A stretch of 64,000 nucleotides of DNA from Patescibacteria group bacterium (GTDB taxonomy: Bacteria; Patescibacteriota; Minisyncoccia; Portnoybacterales; UBA2143). The stretch spans positions 65,980 to 129,979 of the forward strand of contig JAHJSM010000001.1 of assembly GCA_018830295.1 (NCBI GenBank). Direction: 5' to 3'. The position numbers were made by a program, and so were the translations under genes. A model generated the notes under the pieces. That model made no database searches, was not told the DNA's origin, and saw only the letters and a list, made by a program, of their open reading frames with translations. Of the stretch, positions 46,826 through 57,193 are shown piece after piece. Every line of letters begins with the position of its first letter. The stretch's first letter is position 1.

Positions 46826-48255
46826 AAATTTTATTACTTAATCCGCCCTTTAAAAAAAGATTTTCTAGGACATCTCGCAGTCCGTCCGTAACCAGAGGTG
46901 GAACAATTTATTATCCATTTTGGCTGGCCTACACGGCCGGCGTTCTTGATAAAGAAGGTTTTGATCTGACTATTATTGACGCTCCTGCCGAAAATTATAA
47001 CTTAAGCCATGTTTTAGAAAAAACAATAAAATTTCAGCCGCAATTAATAGTAATTGACACAAGCACGCCAAGTATTTTTAACGATATTAAAGTAGCGGAG
47101 CGCTTGAAAAAACTCCTGCCCAACGCCTTTATTGTTCTAGTCGGCACGCACCCGTCTGCCGTTCCAGAAGAAACCTTGGGTTTTAGCAACAAAATAGACG
47201 CTGTCGCTAAAGGAGAATACGATTATACGATTAGAGATTTGGCTTATTGTTTAAAAAACAAAGATGGATTAGAAAAAGTTGACGGTTTAATCTTCAGAAA
47301 AAACAGCCAAATAATCATCAATCAGCCACGAATCTTAATCGAAAATCTTGACGAAATCCCCTTTGTTAGTCAAGTTTATAAAAAATACTTTAATATTAAA
47401 AAATATTTTTTCGCCGCTTCTGATTACCCTTTTGTTATGATGATTACCGGCAGAGGATGCCCTTTTCGCTGTTTTTTTTGTGTTTATCCGCAAACATTTC
47501 ATAGTAGAAAATATCGCTTTAGAAGCCCTGAAAATGTAGTTAAAGAATTTGAATATATTGTTGAAAATCTTCCAGAAGTAAAAGAAATAGGCATTGAAGA
47601 CGATACCTTTACAGCTGATCGCAAGAGAACAGTTAAAATTTGCCAACTACTTATTGAAAGACAAATTAAAATGAAATGGTATTGCAATGTCCGAGCCGAC
47701 TTGGATTTAGCAACAATGAAATGGATGAAAAAAGCCGGATGCCATTTGCTGACGATCGGTTTTGAAAGCGGGAATCAAAATGTTCTTAATAATATTCATA
47801 AAGGAATAACCATAGAACAAATCAAGGAATTTACTAAAAACGCAAGAAAAACAGACATTTTAGTTCATGGTTGTTTTATGGCTGGCAATCCAGGAGAGAC
47901 AAAAGAAACATTAGAAGAGACATTAACCCTCGCTAAGGAAATAAATTGCGACAGTATGCAATTTTATCCCTTGATAGTTTACCCGGGAACCGAAGCGTAT
48001 CAATGGGCAAAAGAAAATAAATATTTAATCAGTTCAGATTATAGACAATGGGCAACTAAAGAAGGGATGTACAATTGCATTCTTAATTTCCCCCACTTAA
48101 GCTCTCAAGAAATTCTTAATTACTGCAACCGAGCGACAAGAGAATATTATTTAAGGCCTGCCTATATTTTAATGAAAATCAAACAGATGATTCTCCATCC
48201 TCAAGAAATTGGAAGGACGATAAAGTCAGCTAAAACATTTTTTAAATACCTATGA
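46822..48255 (+). CDS. B12-binding radical SAM enzyme 2, HpnJ-like
   Basis: RFSRTSRSP...YYPFWLAY, TSTPS..ND, TGRGCPFRCFFCVYPQT, EDDTFT, IGFESG, YPGTEAY. Confidence 0.88.
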   Translation: MKILLLNPPFKKRFSRTSRSPSVTRGGTIYYPFWLAYTAGVLDKEGFDLTIIDAPAENYNLSHVLEKTIKFQPQLIVIDTSTPSIFNDIKVAERLKKLLPNAFIVLVGTHPSAVPEETLGFSNKIDAVAKGEYDYTIRDLAYCLKNKDGLEKVDGLIFRKNSQIIINQPRILIENLDEIPFVSQVYKKYFNIKKYFFAASDYPFVMMITGRGCPFRCFFCVYPQTFHSRKYRFRSPENVVKEFEYIVENLPEVKEIGIEDDTFTADRKRTVKICQLLIERQIKMKWYCNVRADLDLATMKWMKKAGCHLLTIGFESGNQNVLNNIHKGITIEQIKEFTKNARKTDILVHGCFMAGNPGETKETLEETLTLAKEINCDSMQFYPLIVYPGTEAYQWAKENKYLISSDYRQWATKEGMYNCILNFPHLSSQEILNYCNRATREYYLRPAYILMKIKQMILHPQEIGRTIKSAKTFFKYL

Positions 48256-49541
48256 TTCAAGCAGTTATTCTCGCGGGAGGCAAGGGTACGCGACTTAACG
48301 CAAAAACTAAAAAAATCCCCAAACCGATGATAAAAATCGGTTTTTTACCTGTGTTAGAACACCAAATTAACCTGCTCAAAAGATATGGTATAAAAGATAT
48401 TTTTATTTTAACCGGTTACTTGTCGGAAGTTATTGAAAATCATTTTGAAAATAAAAAATTCCCGGGCATAAAAATCACTTGCCTTAAATCAGATGAAAAC
48501 ATTGGACCAGCCGACAGAGTTAAATCAGCTGAAAATTACTTAACTGATGATTTTCTTGTTTTTTACGGAGATGTTATGTTGGATATGGATTTGAAAAAAT
48601 TGCTTGATTTCCACAAAAGCAAAAATGGAATTGCTACTTTAACAATCCATCCAAACGATCATCCCTATGACAGCGATTTAGTTGAAATAGATAATAACCA
48701 ACAAATCGTCGCATTTCACTCAAAACCGCATCAGCCAGGAAAATATTTAAGAAATCTCGATAACGCTTGCGTTTATATATTTTCTAAAAAAATATTCAAA
48801 TATCTTAAACCTCAAAAAAATACTATCTTAGACTTCGGTAAGCATATTTTCCCAAAAATATATAAAAAAGAAAAACTTTTCGGCTATAATACACCAGAAT
48901 ACATTAAAGATATGGGAACTCCAGAACGGTTAAAACAAGTAACCAAGGATTATTTAAGCGGAAAAATTAAAAGATTGAATATAAAGAATAAAAGAAGGGC
49001 TATTTTTTTAGATAGAGATGGAGTCATTAATTATGACCCTGATAATTTGTCAGACATAAATGACTTTAAACTTTTATCAGGCGCGGCAAAAGCCACTAAG
49101 TTAATTAACTCATCCGAGTATTTATCTATTTTAGTCACAAACCAACCGATGGTCGCTAAGGGGTTTATTACTTTTAAGGATTTAGAACAAATACACAAAA
49201 AAATGGAAACTCTTTTAGGAGAAAAAGGAGCGAAATTAGACGGTATTTATTTTTGCCCCCATCATCCAGAAAAAAACTTTCCTGGTGTTCCTAAATTAAG
49301 AATTAAATGCGATTGCAGAAAGCCGAAACCAGGAATGATTTTCAGGGCGCGAAAAGATTACAATATTGATTTAAAAAAATCTTGGATAATTGGAGATTCC
49401 CAAAGAGATATAGAAGCGGGAATAAACGCTGGCATTAAAACAATATTGGTTAAAAAAAACCAAAGAAAATTTGAAGAATGCCAAATAAAGACAAAAAGAA
49501 CAAACAATATTTATTCAGCGGTTAGATATGTATTAAAATGA
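48252..49541 (+). CDS. Fused heptose-1-P guanylyltransferase (HddC-like) and heptose-1,7-bisphosphate phosphatase (GmhB)
   Basis: ILAGGKGTRL...PKPM, YGDV, DMGTPER; then FLDRDGVIN, VTNQ, CPHHP, CDCRKPKPGM, IGD. Confidence 0.9.
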   Translation: MIQAVILAGGKGTRLNAKTKKIPKPMIKIGFLPVLEHQINLLKRYGIKDIFILTGYLSEVIENHFENKKFPGIKITCLKSDENIGPADRVKSAENYLTDDFLVFYGDVMLDMDLKKLLDFHKSKNGIATLTIHPNDHPYDSDLVEIDNNQQIVAFHSKPHQPGKYLRNLDNACVYIFSKKIFKYLKPQKNTILDFGKHIFPKIYKKEKLFGYNTPEYIKDMGTPERLKQVTKDYLSGKIKRLNIKNKRRAIFLDRDGVINYDPDNLSDINDFKLLSGAAKATKLINSSEYLSILVTNQPMVAKGFITFKDLEQIHKKMETLLGEKGAKLDGIYFCPHHPEKNFPGVPKLRIKCDCRKPKPGMIFRARKDYNIDLKKSWIIGDSQRDIEAGINAGIKTILVKKNQRKFEECQIKTKRTNNIYSAVRYVLK

Positions 49542-50512
49542 TAATTTCCAAGACGCCATTAAGAATCAGTTTCGTGGGGGGAGGAACTGATTTAGAAGCA
49601 TTTTACAAACATCATTATGGCATGGTGGTTAACGCCGCGATTAATAAATATATCTATATTTGCGTCCATAGACATTTTGACGGAAACAAATTTTTGCTCA
49701 AATATTCAAAGATAGAAGAAGGGTATGATGTTAATAAAATAAAGAACAACCTCATCAGGGAGGCCATGAAATTGACCAAGGTAAGCGGAGTGGAAATTGT
49801 TTCTATGTCCGATATGCCCGTCACGGGCACAGGGTTGGGGTCTTCAAGCAGTTTTATTGTGGGCGTCCTCAACGCTTTGTACGCTTATAAAGGCGAATAT
49901 AAATCGCCTGAAGAATTAGCAAGGGACGCCTGTAAAATAGAAATTGATATATTAAATAATCCTATTGGAAAGCAAGACCAATATATCGCCGCTTACGGCG
50001 GTTTAAGATCTTTTACATTTCACAAGAACGGACAAGTAAAAATGAAAGAAATTGTATTAAATAAAAATCAAAAAAAAGAGTTGGACTCTAATCTGCTTTT
50101 GTTTTATACTGACAAGACAAGAAAGGCGAATAGCATTTTAAGCAAGCAAAAAGACAAAACGGAAGAAAAAATAAAGTCCCTTCTTAAAATGAGAAATTTG
50201 GCAAAAACAATGAAAGAGTGTATGGATAATTGTCAATTAGATAAATTTGGAGAATTATTGCGTCAAAATTGGATAGAAAAAAGACAATTAGTTGACGGCA
50301 TAACCGACTCAAAAATAGATTATTACTATCAAAAAGCCATAGACAACGGAGCTGTTGGCGGGAAGTTATGCGGCGCGGGAGGAGGCGGGTTTTTGCTTTT
50401 CTATTGCGAAAAAAATAAGCAAAATCGCCTCCGAAAAGCGTTAAGCGACTTAGAGGAAACACCGTTTAGTTTTGAACTAAACGGGAGCAAAATAATACAC
50501 GATATATTATAA
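49538..50512 (+). CDS. hddA: D-glycero-D-manno-heptose-7-phosphate kinase (GHMP)
   Basis: TPLRISFVGGGTD, GTGLGSSSS, IGKQDQY, GGKLCGAGGGGF. Confidence 0.9.
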   Translation: MIISKTPLRISFVGGGTDLEAFYKHHYGMVVNAAINKYIYICVHRHFDGNKFLLKYSKIEEGYDVNKIKNNLIREAMKLTKVSGVEIVSMSDMPVTGTGLGSSSSFIVGVLNALYAYKGEYKSPEELARDACKIEIDILNNPIGKQDQYIAAYGGLRSFTFHKNGQVKMKEIVLNKNQKKELDSNLLLFYTDKTRKANSILSKQKDKTEEKIKSLLKMRNLAKTMKECMDNCQLDKFGELLRQNWIEKRQLVDGITDSKIDYYYQKAIDNGAVGGKLCGAGGGGFLLFYCEKNKQNRLRKALSDLEETPFSFELNGSKIIHDIL

Positions 50513-50533
50513 TTAGATAATTTACTTAAAAAA

Positions 50534-51955
50534 ATGAAATTATTTTTAGTGATGCCACCAATTGCTATATCTAAAGGTTATTACTCAACTAATAGTGATT
50601 TTGAGTTTCCTGTGTCTCTCTGCTATATAGCTGCTTTAATGGAAAAAAATGGTAAAAAAGTTAAAGTTTTTGATGGTCGCTTATCCCAAAATTTAGAAGA
50701 AGAATTCTCTAATTTACTTGATAAGAATAATTTTGATGTTATAGGCTTTAGTACGGTTACTCCTTCTATCACAAGCACTATGAGATTGGCAGCATTAGCT
50801 AAACAAAAAAACCCCTGTATTATTACGATTATTGGAGGGGCTCATCCTACGGTGGTTGGACCTAAAGTATTAGAACAATTCCAAGATATTGATATTGCAG
50901 TCTTTGGAGAGGGCGAACAAACCGTAATAGAACTTTTGCAAAATTTAGAAGAAAAAAAGCCATTGGAAAAAGTTTGTGGAATAGCTTTTCGAAAAGATTC
51001 AAAAATAGTGCAAACCGGCAAACGAGAGCTAATTAAAGATTTAGATGCTCTTCCTTATCCAGCTTACCATATGGTAGATCTTTTAAAATATGGAACTAAT
51101 CCCGGATTGTTTTTTGAAAAACCAATAATTGCAATAATTACTTCTCGAGGATGTCCTTTTGACTGTAATTTTTGCGCTGATACACTTATATGGCAAGGCA
51201 AGGTTCGCTTCCGTAGTGCTCAAAAAGTAGTTGACGAGATGCAGCTTTTGGTAAAAGAATATGGAGTTAAAGAGATAAAGTTTTTTGATGATACATTTAC
51301 GATAAATAGAAAGCGGGCAGTAGAAATTTGTAATGAAATTTTAAAGAGAAAGCTAAATGTAATATGGAGATGTGCTTCTAGGGTAGATGCAGTTGATCTT
51401 GAATTGCTGAAATTGATGAAAAAAAGTGGATGTTGTAGTATCTCTTTTGGTCTTGAGTCTGGAAGTGACGAAATTTTAAAAAGGATGAATAAAAGAACAA
51501 CCACTCAACAAGGAAGAGTTGCTGTAAAATTAGCTAAACAGGCAGGCTTATATGTAAACGGTCTTTTTATGTTAAATTATCCTGGAGATACCATAGAAAC
51601 CACTGAACAGACAATACGTTTTTCCCGAGAATTAGATCTTGATTATGCTGGTTTTAATCTAGTTATCCCACATTTTGGCACCAAAATGTATAAAGAAATA
51701 AAAGACAACTATAGAGTAGAGCCAAAAGTATGGGACAACCCTGATGCACCTTTGGGTAACCAAATTTATTTTTATCAAGATTCTTTGCCATCAGATTACT
51801 TAATAAAGGCTTATCGGAGAGCAAGTTTAGGGTTTTATATGCGACCAAAGATAGTTTTTAAAAGTCTATTACGAATTAAAAATTTTGCAATGCTAAAAAG
51901 TTATATCATTGGCGCATTACAGTTACTTAAGCTTCGGGCTAAAAAAAGCAATTAA
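50534..51955 (+). CDS. B12-binding radical SAM enzyme 3
   Basis: GGAHPT, GEGE, TSRGCPFDCNFC, DDTFT, FGLESGS. Confidence 0.93.
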   Translation: MKLFLVMPPIAISKGYYSTNSDFEFPVSLCYIAALMEKNGKKVKVFDGRLSQNLEEEFSNLLDKNNFDVIGFSTVTPSITSTMRLAALAKQKNPCIITIIGGAHPTVVGPKVLEQFQDIDIAVFGEGEQTVIELLQNLEEKKPLEKVCGIAFRKDSKIVQTGKRELIKDLDALPYPAYHMVDLLKYGTNPGLFFEKPIIAIITSRGCPFDCNFCADTLIWQGKVRFRSAQKVVDEMQLLVKEYGVKEIKFFDDTFTINRKRAVEICNEILKRKLNVIWRCASRVDAVDLELLKLMKKSGCCSISFGLESGSDEILKRMNKRTTTQQGRVAVKLAKQAGLYVNGLFMLNYPGDTIETTEQTIRFSRELDLDYAGFNLVIPHFGTKMYKEIKDNYRVEPKVWDNPDAPLGNQIYFYQDSLPSDYLIKAYRRASLGFYMRPKIVFKSLLRIKNFAMLKSYIIGALQLLKLRAKKSN

Positions 51956-51976
51956 TACAACAATACACAATGAACA

Positions 51977-52564
51977 ATGAAAAAATTAACCGAAAATTAC
52001 TTCAGTGAAATTAAGCAAACGCTGGATAAAATACCTCTTAAAGATATAGAAAAATTTGCTTCAACGCTTTATAATGTCTATCTAAAGGGAGGACATATTT
52101 TTATTATGGGCAACGGAGGAAGCGCTTCAACCGCCTCGCATTTCGCTTGCGATTTAAGCAAGGGCGTTTTATCTCCGAAAAATCATAAAAAGATTAAAAG
52201 ATTAAAAGTAACATCTTTAACGGACAACATGGCAACCATTACCGCGTGGAGCAATGATCTTAGTTATGAAAAAATTTTTTCGGAACAATTAAACAACTTG
52301 TCGCGCGAAGGCGACGCGGTCATAGGAATTAGCGCTAGTGGCAATTCCCCTAATATTATAGACGCCATAAAAACAGCGAAAAAGAAAAAAACGATTACTC
52401 TTGGTTTGGCTGGATTTAATGGAGGAAAATTGGCTAAAATGGCTGATATTTGTATCACAGCAAAAGTAGATAAATATGATATCGCGGAAGATATTCATTT
52501 AATGTTGGCGCACATTATTACCCGACATTTTTTTAATTTAATAAATAAAAAAAATTATGAGTAA
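51977..52564 (+). CDS. gmhA: Sedoheptulose-7-phosphate isomerase (SIS)
   Basis: GNGGSASTASHFACD, TAWSND, FSEQL, ISASGNSPN, EDIH. Confidence 0.92.
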   Translation: MKKLTENYFSEIKQTLDKIPLKDIEKFASTLYNVYLKGGHIFIMGNGGSASTASHFACDLSKGVLSPKNHKKIKRLKVTSLTDNMATITAWSNDLSYEKIFSEQLNNLSREGDAVIGISASGNSPNIIDAIKTAKKKKTITLGLAGFNGGKLAKMADICITAKVDKYDIAEDIHLMLAHIITRHFFNLINKKNYE

Positions 52565-53243
52565 AGAAAACACAAAAGAAGGATGGGGAGGACATTGGGG
52601 TTCTAAAGATGTGATTAAAAGATTAAAAGAAGCAAATACGGCATATCCAGAAGTTGTTAAATTGCTTCTAAATTTAAGCGATGAAAATTCAAATTGTATT
52701 GAACTCGGCTGTGGCAGTGGAACTTACGCCATTGAATTATTAGCCAATAACAGAAAATGCATCGCCTCGGATTTTTCCGAAGACGCGTTAAAATTAACTA
52801 AAAAAAGAGGATTGAAACTTCATAATATAGATGTCCCAACCCAATTGATAAATATATATAATATCCCCTATCCTGATAATTCGTTTGATTTAATTTTCTC
52901 TGATGGGGTTATTGAACATCTTGATATTCCAAAAGCGTTAAAAGAGATGAAAAGAGTATTAAAACCAAACGGATGGATGATCGCGAAAGTCCCTAGTGGG
53001 TCTCTATTGTATAGAATTATTTTCCATTTATTAAGTCCAATAGAAAATCGTCCTTATGAAGCATGGTTTTGTAAAAAAGATTGGCAAAAGTTAGTCGTTA
53101 ACGAAAATTATCAAAATGTTGATATTTCTAAATGCGGTAGCGTTTTGACAGGATTCGCAATGAGGATTCATAAAATGAAAAATCTATTGAGTCGCTTACC
53201 ATCTATCGGAAGAATCTATTTTCTAATTAAGGCGCAAAAATAA
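52557..53243 (+). CDS. Class I SAM-dependent methyltransferase
   Basis: IELGCGSG, IPYPDNSFD, GVIEH, EMKRVLKPNG. Confidence 0.9.
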   Translation: MSKENTKEGWGGHWGSKDVIKRLKEANTAYPEVVKLLLNLSDENSNCIELGCGSGTYAIELLANNRKCIASDFSEDALKLTKKRGLKLHNIDVPTQLINIYNIPYPDNSFDLIFSDGVIEHLDIPKALKEMKRVLKPNGWMIAKVPSGSLLYRIIFHLLSPIENRPYEAWFCKKDWQKLVVNENYQNVDISKCGSVLTGFAMRIHKMKNLLSRLPSIGRIYFLIKAQK

Positions 53244-53245
53244 TT

Positions 53246-54682
53246 ATGAAAATATTGATTGTTTGGCCAAATATTGAAAGCAATGCCCGTTACGAAGTTA
53301 ATATGGGTATTTGTTTAATTTCTTCAATCTTAAAAAAGGCGGGACATCAAACTCTTTTTTTTAATCCAAATACTTTCTCTAAAAAAGAATTTATTTCAAT
53401 AATCAATAGATTTAACCCTGACTTGGTTGGTTTTTCGGTTACCACTCATCAATTTAAATACGCTATTGAATATGCGAAAGTTGCGAAACAAACCAGAGAT
53501 GTCCTTACAATTTTCGGCGGTTTTCATCCAACTCTTTCTCCTGAAAGCGCGATATCAAACCCGTATGTAGATATTGTTTGTCGAGGCGAAGGCGAATTCG
53601 CTGTCCTTGAATTAGTCAACGCCTTGGAGAAAAAAGAAGATTACACAAAAATTCCTAATCTTTGGGTCAAAAAGAACGGAAAAATTATCAAAAATAATTT
53701 ACGCCGATTAGTAGAAAACCTTGACTCGCTCCCCTTCCCCGACAGAGAGTTTATTAATCAAGAGGAAATCCTTAAAAATAATGGCTTCCGCTTAGACATA
53801 GCCATCGGACGCGGTTGTCCTTATAATTGTCCTTACTGCTGTAATTCGGCTCTTCGTAAAATTTACCAAAATAACGGACAATTTATCCGCTTAAGAAGCG
53901 TGGATAATGTTCTAACTGAGTTAAACAATATTTTAAAAAAATATCGCGTTAATGAAATTCATTTTCAAGACGATATGTTCTTACTTAACAAAGAATGGAT
54001 AAGAGAGTTTGCGGATAAATATTCCGCAAGCTGCCAAATCCCATTTCATATTAGCGCGAGAATCGAACATATTGACGAAGAGGCGGTAAAATTATTAAAA
54101 AGGGCCAATTGTGTGAGTGTCACCGTGGGGGTAGAAAGCGGAAATGAATGGCTTAGAAAAACAATTCTCAACAAAAAAACAAGCAACGAAGAAATATTAA
54201 AAGCCAGGGCATTATTAAAAGATGCTGGTATTAAAATTTGTTCTTTAAATATGGTTGGCATTCCCGAAGAAACACCAGAGATGATTAGAGAAACGATAAA
54301 CTTCAATAAGAAATTAGATCCCGATTGGTTGGCTTGTTCTATTTTTTCTCCATACCCAGGAACAGATCTCTATAATCTTTGCAAAGAAAAAAAATTTATT
54401 AAAAAAGATTTTATGCATTTTTCCTCAAGTTATTTGAATGAAAAAAGCGCTTCAATTTTAAAATTGCCAACAATCTCGGAAAAGGAAGTTATCACTGGCC
54501 ACCGCCAATTTATGAATTTTGCCATTAAAAAATATATTGAAGAAAAATATCCGCTATTGCTTCCTTTTTTTATTATCATTTCTCCGTTGTTAAAAACGCC
54601 ATTAAGGGGATATATTATTAAAGTTGGAACATTTTTAATTTTTGACAAAGGCATATTTAGAAAAAAAGCGAATAATTCTTAA
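53246..54682 (+). CDS. B12-binding radical SAM enzyme 4
   Basis: GGFHPT, RGEGE, GRGCPYNCPYCCN, DDMF, GVESG. Confidence 0.93.
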   Translation: MKILIVWPNIESNARYEVNMGICLISSILKKAGHQTLFFNPNTFSKKEFISIINRFNPDLVGFSVTTHQFKYAIEYAKVAKQTRDVLTIFGGFHPTLSPESAISNPYVDIVCRGEGEFAVLELVNALEKKEDYTKIPNLWVKKNGKIIKNNLRRLVENLDSLPFPDREFINQEEILKNNGFRLDIAIGRGCPYNCPYCCNSALRKIYQNNGQFIRLRSVDNVLTELNNILKKYRVNEIHFQDDMFLLNKEWIREFADKYSASCQIPFHISARIEHIDEEAVKLLKRANCVSVTVGVESGNEWLRKTILNKKTSNEEILKARALLKDAGIKICSLNMVGIPEETPEMIRETINFNKKLDPDWLACSIFSPYPGTDLYNLCKEKKFIKKDFMHFSSSYLNEKSASILKLPTISEKEVITGHRQFMNFAIKKYIEEKYPLLLPFFIIISPLLKTPLRGYIIKVGTFLIFDKGIFRKKANNS

Positions 54683-54688
54683 AAATAT

Positions 54689-56104
54689 ATGAAAACGCGC
54701 TTGAATGGAAATAAAAAAAACGCAAAAGTTCTTTTAGTCCAACCTAATTATTCCCAGCAAAAAAAATATACGAGATACAGTATTAGTCCGCCATTGGGAC
54801 TGGCGTATATCGCGGCTACTTTGGAAAAAAATGGAATATGTGTTGAAATACTTGACGCTAATGCGTTGAATTTAAGTGTTCAAGATGTTGTCCGGAAAGT
54901 AAAAGAAATTCAAGCCGATATCGTTGGCGTAAGTATTTTAATGACTGGATATAAATACGGCGTAGAAATCGCGAGGAAAATTCCAAAAAATATTTTATCT
55001 GTTTGCGGAGGAGCTTATCCAAGCAGTGTTCCAGAACAAATCATAAAAGATGGCTTTGATATTGCCGTTAAAGGAAGAGGGGAGCAGCCGATGTTGGACT
55101 TGGCTTTAGGCAAAAAAATAGAGGATATTCCTGGTATATATTATCAAAAAGATAAAAAAATAAACCATAATCCTCCGCATGCCGCAAATAACCTTAAATC
55201 AGACCCCTTGCCCTTGCCTGCCAGACATTTATTAATTAATAACGGAGTAAATTTACCCTACCAGTTGGCTGGAACAATGTACTTCCCTTGGTCGCCTATA
55301 TTTACAAGTATCGGATGTCCTTACCAATGTTATTATTGTAGCAAGCAAGTTTTTGATAGATTTATGCCCAGAAGTCCAGAAGATATTTTCAATGAGATAG
55401 AATTTTTAGTAAAACAATATCAAGTAAAAGAAATTGATGTTTATGATGACTGTTTTAATGCCGACATTAATAGAGCCGAAAAAATTCTTGATTTGATTAT
55501 TAAAAGCGGATTAGATATAAAACTACGATTTCCAAATGGAATTAGAGCGAATAATGTTAATGAATTATTCATTAAGAAAATGAAAAAAGCCGGTTGCGTC
55601 GAGATAGCCTACGGTATTGAATCTGGGAATCAAGAGGTCTTAAACAAAATACCAAAAGCGCTCTTATTGGAAGATGTGAGAAAAGCAGTTCAATACACTA
55701 AAAAAGAAAATATTTTAACTATTGGTTTTTTTATTTTAGGTCTCCGCGGAGATAACGAAAAAAGTATGCAAGAAACAATTGATTTTGCTAAAGAACTTAG
55801 CGTAGATGTCCCATTTTTTAGCATCCTTACTCCATATCCAGGAACGCCGCTTTGGAAAACAATTGAAGAAAATGGAGAATTCCTAATTGAAGACTATGAC
55901 GACCTTCATCAAAGCAGCGGAAAAATGATTTTTTCCCATCCTGATTTTCCATCACCCGAGTTGGTTGAAAAAATGTATAAAAAAGCGTATCGCGAAATAT
56001 ATTTTTCATTTAAATATATATTTCAAACTATATCAAAATTAACACGGAAACAATTCGTCTTAGGTGTTAAAGGATTGCCAAGCATAATTAAAAATTCTTT
56101 TTAA
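54689..56104 (+). CDS. B12-binding radical SAM enzyme 5
   Basis: PPLGLAYIAA, GGAYPS, TSIGCPYQCYYC, DDCFN, YGIESG. Confidence 0.92.
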   Translation: MKTRLNGNKKNAKVLLVQPNYSQQKKYTRYSISPPLGLAYIAATLEKNGICVEILDANALNLSVQDVVRKVKEIQADIVGVSILMTGYKYGVEIARKIPKNILSVCGGAYPSSVPEQIIKDGFDIAVKGRGEQPMLDLALGKKIEDIPGIYYQKDKKINHNPPHAANNLKSDPLPLPARHLLINNGVNLPYQLAGTMYFPWSPIFTSIGCPYQCYYCSKQVFDRFMPRSPEDIFNEIEFLVKQYQVKEIDVYDDCFNADINRAEKILDLIIKSGLDIKLRFPNGIRANNVNELFIKKMKKAGCVEIAYGIESGNQEVLNKIPKALLLEDVRKAVQYTKKENILTIGFFILGLRGDNEKSMQETIDFAKELSVDVPFFSILTPYPGTPLWKTIEENGEFLIEDYDDLHQSSGKMIFSHPDFPSPELVEKMYKKAYREIYFSFKYIFQTISKLTRKQFVLGVKGLPSIIKNSF

Positions 56105-56110
56105 AAACCA

Positions 56111-57193
56111 ATGAATAAAATTTATTACTTAATTTATCGAATCGGACTTACTTTTAAATATGGTTTCTTATGGAGAAAACCATTCTTTTTAGCAAAAGCG
56201 ATAAAAAATACTCTTCTTCACCGATTAAATTTAAAAAAAACATTTACTTTGCGCTCTTTATGTTTGGCTATCACTTATGCCTGTAATTACAATTGCCCTT
56301 ACTGTCTTACTAGGGAAATGATGAAAAAAAGAGGCAAGGAAGAATTTTTAAAGTTGACTGACTATAAAAGAATCTCCAAAGAAGCAAAAAAAATGGGGGC
56401 TATCTCTTACGCCTTTCAAGGGGGAGAAATTTGGCTTCGTAAAGATTTTAGAGAAATTATTCAGGCCTTTGAACCAAAAAAAAATTACATAACTATTACT
56501 ACTAATGGAACCTTTCTTAATGAAAAAGAAATCCAAAAATTGGTAGATTTGAAAATTGATAAGATATTATTTAGTTTAGAAAGTGGCTTGCCTTATGAAC
56601 ATGATAAGGCAGTCCATCAACCTGGAGCCTACGATGCTATTATGAAGGTCATCAATCTCACCTTAAAGAATAAAATAAAGGTTGGAATTAATTTAACTTT
56701 ATCAAAAAGAAACCTTTATTCTGAAGGATTTAAAAAGCTAATAGAATTTTGCGATCAACAAAAAATACTCTTAAACATTATTTTTGGCTGCGCTTTGGGT
56801 AATTGGAAGAAATATCGAAGCGCAATGTTATCTGAAAAAGATATAGAATATTATAATAAAAATATAGTCCCCCTTTCTCCGTGTCTTAATAGGCATTTAA
56901 ATTTTAATTATAACGGTCATTATGGTTGTCCAGCCGCTAAGGAGATTTTTTATATTAACCCTTGGGGAGATGTCTTAGCTTGTCCTTTTAACCACACATT
57001 TTTTGGCAGCCTCAAAAAAGACTCTTTAAGAAAAATTCATAATCGTGTTTCAAAAATTAAATGGTTTAGTCATTTTCACCCCCGATGTTTAGTCGCCGAA
57101 GAAAAAGCCTTTATGGATGATTATTATCCATCTTTGGGCCAAAGCCAGTACGGCTATATCGACTATACTCACTGGATAAAAAAACAAAAATGA
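56111..57193 (+). CDS. Radical SAM / SPASM-twitch enzyme B
   Basis: CNYNCPYC, GGE, TTNG, GCPAAKE...GDVLACP. Confidence 0.88.
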   Translation: MNKIYYLIYRIGLTFKYGFLWRKPFFLAKAIKNTLLHRLNLKKTFTLRSLCLAITYACNYNCPYCLTREMMKKRGKEEFLKLTDYKRISKEAKKMGAISYAFQGGEIWLRKDFREIIQAFEPKKNYITITTNGTFLNEKEIQKLVDLKIDKILFSLESGLPYEHDKAVHQPGAYDAIMKVINLTLKNKIKVGINLTLSKRNLYSEGFKKLIEFCDQQKILLNIIFGCALGNWKKYRSAMLSEKDIEYYNKNIVPLSPCLNRHLNFNYNGHYGCPAAKEIFYINPWGDVLACPFNHTFFGSLKKDSLRKIHNRVSKIKWFSHFHPRCLVAEEKAFMDDYYPSLGQSQYGYIDYTHWIKKQK

